DNA from: Sphaerodactylus townsendi
Taxonomy: Eukaryota
NCBI RefSeq assembly: GCF_021028975.2
Contig: NC_059429.1
Coordinates: 74,214,001 to 74,278,000, forward strand
DNA length: 64,000 nt
Reading direction: 5' to 3'
Under the pieces are notes generated by a model. It made no database searches and had not been told where the DNA came from. It saw only the letters and a list, made by a program, of their open reading frames with translations. Below, piece after piece: positions 61,561 through 64,000 of the stretch (the first letter of the stretch is position 1; each line of letters starts with the position of its first letter). The position numbers and the translations under genes were made by a program.

Positions 61561-63699
61561 GAGCGAAAGCATGTGCGCACACACACTCTAACACACCCAC
61601 ACCAAAGACTAGGACGGAAGAATGAACAGATGTTCCTGAACTCATGGATGAGTGTGTGGGTGGGGTGGGGTGGATGGGCTCCTGGTGACTTAATATCCAA
61701 TTCCTTCATGGCAACATCCCAGGGGAAGATCTCAAAATCAGGTGGACAAAAGATCTCCCCTCATCCAATGAGCGTCTATGGCTGGCTTATTGTGCTTAGA
61801 GTATTTTAATACAATTATAGCAGCCACAGGATACAGCTCCATCCTATAGTGGAGACTAGGCTCAGAAACAGGGCAACAAAAGGCTGAAACGATGCATGAC
61901 ATAAAGTTGTATGTCTTTCAAAATGACTTTTTTTTAAACCTAAAAGCAACTGCAGGGGGCTGTAATCTTGAGTGAAGAACCAACAAGAAGAAGGGTTACT
62001 GAACCTTTCCCCCTTCAAACACATTTCAGCTCAAACCTCCCCTCCCCTCAATGCTTTCCCACTCTCTCACCGGGAATAATACATAGCTATTTCTATCTAT
62101 TGCCCAGGAGAGAAGCAACTTGAGAAGACATTTTGAGCACAAAAAGGGAATGATTCAGTTTCTCTTCCTTTCTCTGGAAATTATTCTTGTTCATTTCATA
62201 CGTTTGGCTACTGGTAAGGGACTGTCTCTGAATATGCTCTAAAGGACTTGCTTCTATATTAGTATTTTACATCTTCTAATACTGATCTCTGGTACACTAT
62301 GTGGGTTCTAAACTCCAGCCCTTGGGAGCTCTGGCTCAAATGAAGCTCTGAGCTTAGAGTCATTCTGTAAAAAGATACTTCCATAGGGAGAGCCAGTCAT
62401 TATTCTAACCAATAATACTGTTATTACAAAACATACAAAGGATTAATTGCAGAAATAGCTGTGCATTTGAATATATTCCTTTGTAGTCATCTTTAAGAGT
62501 TTTCAGGGAGCAAAATCAATAGCGTTTTTTTGCACAAAAGGTTGATAGCATTGATGTTTCATTGCAGCAAGTAAGGTGATAGTCACAAATATCTGTTTGC
62601 ATTTACAACGTTAACCTTAAGCTTTATCTTAAAGAATTTCCCTTTCTTGCCCCTCTGTGTCCCAAAGTTTACCTGTTCTAATCACTCTGTGGAATAAAAT
62701 GTTTTGGGGAAAATTTCTCCTGCCCTTCCACATCATTATTAATTGTAACATAATCAATTGTTAGAGACGTAATATAAGCAGATGTGCCTATAAAGTAAGT
62801 GTATGTTGAAGTAAAAATTACATTCTTACTGGCACATGACATTACTCCTGCTGCTTCCAAATGGACTTTTAGCTCCACTTTGCTGCCAAACTGCAATTTT
62901 TTTTGGGGGGGGGGGGGGATCCACAATATGTTGTGGTCTAACTGTGCTCCAGCAGGCTTTCCCCCATCCTTTGTATAGACTTCCCAAAACCGGCTTTTCC
63001 CGAATCTTTCTGAAAACAGTGCAGTTCAAGAGCCTTATCAAGCAATCCTGATAAGAATGTATGCACTAAGGTCCCATCCACATTACTAGCATTTCTCCCT
63101 CACAGTTGCCATTTTTCCCATTGCATCACTATAGATCTTTTTTCCCAGTTTTCAAATCATTAATTGCTAGATTGTTATAGGATAACTGTTATAATAACTG
63201 TAGGATAATAATTGTTATAGGATAATGCTATAGGATAATAGCATTGTAATGCTCTGCTGACACATTCTACTAGCTTCTGTGAAATCGGAGCTTTCATTAA
63301 AAACAGAAAATAACAAAAACCAGCCCTGCAGAGGTGGTAGGGAATGGCAGCTGCAGAGGCCTTTGGCAAGAAAACTGGGAAAGACTGCTGTGTGGATGCT
63401 CCGCTGCCACGACAAATGCATCTGTGTTCACAGCGGTAATGAAAGTGTGGAAAAAGCCAATGTGACTGTCGTGCAAATAAGTAACTGTGGTTACCCAGAT
63501 GCCACCTGCAGCTCCACTCCAATCACTGAAGAACTGAGCAAAAGCAAAAACTGTAATTCCCAAGAGCAGTTTAGCATCTTTCCCCTGATCACTTGCACAC
63601 ACCACACCAGATAAGTTTACAGGCTTTAGGGGACTCCATGGAGGAAAGGAATTGCTATGGGGTTAACTTCTTCATGGGAAGATACATTATAACCACACA

Positions 63700-63900
63700 C
63701 ACATCTGCAGGGTAATTGATGTCAGCTTTTGCAGTGCAAAGGCTTAATCTGTCCCTCCAGACCCATCGGCCCTGATGCTGCAGATCCGGCACAGCTGGTT
63801 TTATGGACTGTCACCCCATGACCTTTACAAATCCCATCATTCCAATCAATATGTCTCATTAGCGTTAGGTAAATGTATGGGGCGGGCTAGGAGAAAAAGT
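63700..63900. promoter_or_regulatory. Candidate conserved non-coding element
   Basis: GTAATTGATGTCA, TTTTATGG next to CTGTCA, CCAATCAAT, CATTAG. Confidence 0.35.
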
Positions 63901-64000
63901 TCTAGGCAATGGGACTTCCCACTGCTTGTCTGCCTTGACACTTTTCTGCCAGCAATCAAGAATGGTTATGACAGCCACACATGAATTGAACTCCGGGCTA

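Overview
Eukaryotic, essentially non-coding vertebrate DNA. The repeat content (Sauria/Squam-type SINEs, CR1, L2, Penelope-like, DIRS, SPIN-like and other hAT MITEs) points to a squamate, probably a gecko (inference). It comes from a draft assembly with two N gaps (7032-7324, 25917-26071). I found no host-gene exon I can support. The only long real ORF is the RT-containing 3' part of a young CR1 LINE ORF2 (7590-9506), whose 3' end plus flank is tandemly duplicated (820 bp period). The rest is a mosaic of (i) many transposon insertions, often with readable TIRs and TSDs and nested up to four deep, and (ii) TE-free islands rich in homeodomain, MEIS, PBX-HOX and FOX motifs. These islands look like conserved non-coding enhancers of a large intron or gene desert near a developmental regulator; conservation and the gene cannot be established from this window. 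The most notable observations are: a modular 'Russian-doll' hAT MITE family in which two different TIR sets share and swap internal fold-back modules; minimal hammerhead ribozyme motifs in Penelope-like remnants; SPIN/URR1-like MITEs; recurrent MEIS + PBX-HOX syntax; and decayed DIRS tyrosine-recombinase fossils. I see no evidence for a wholly new protein-coding system.
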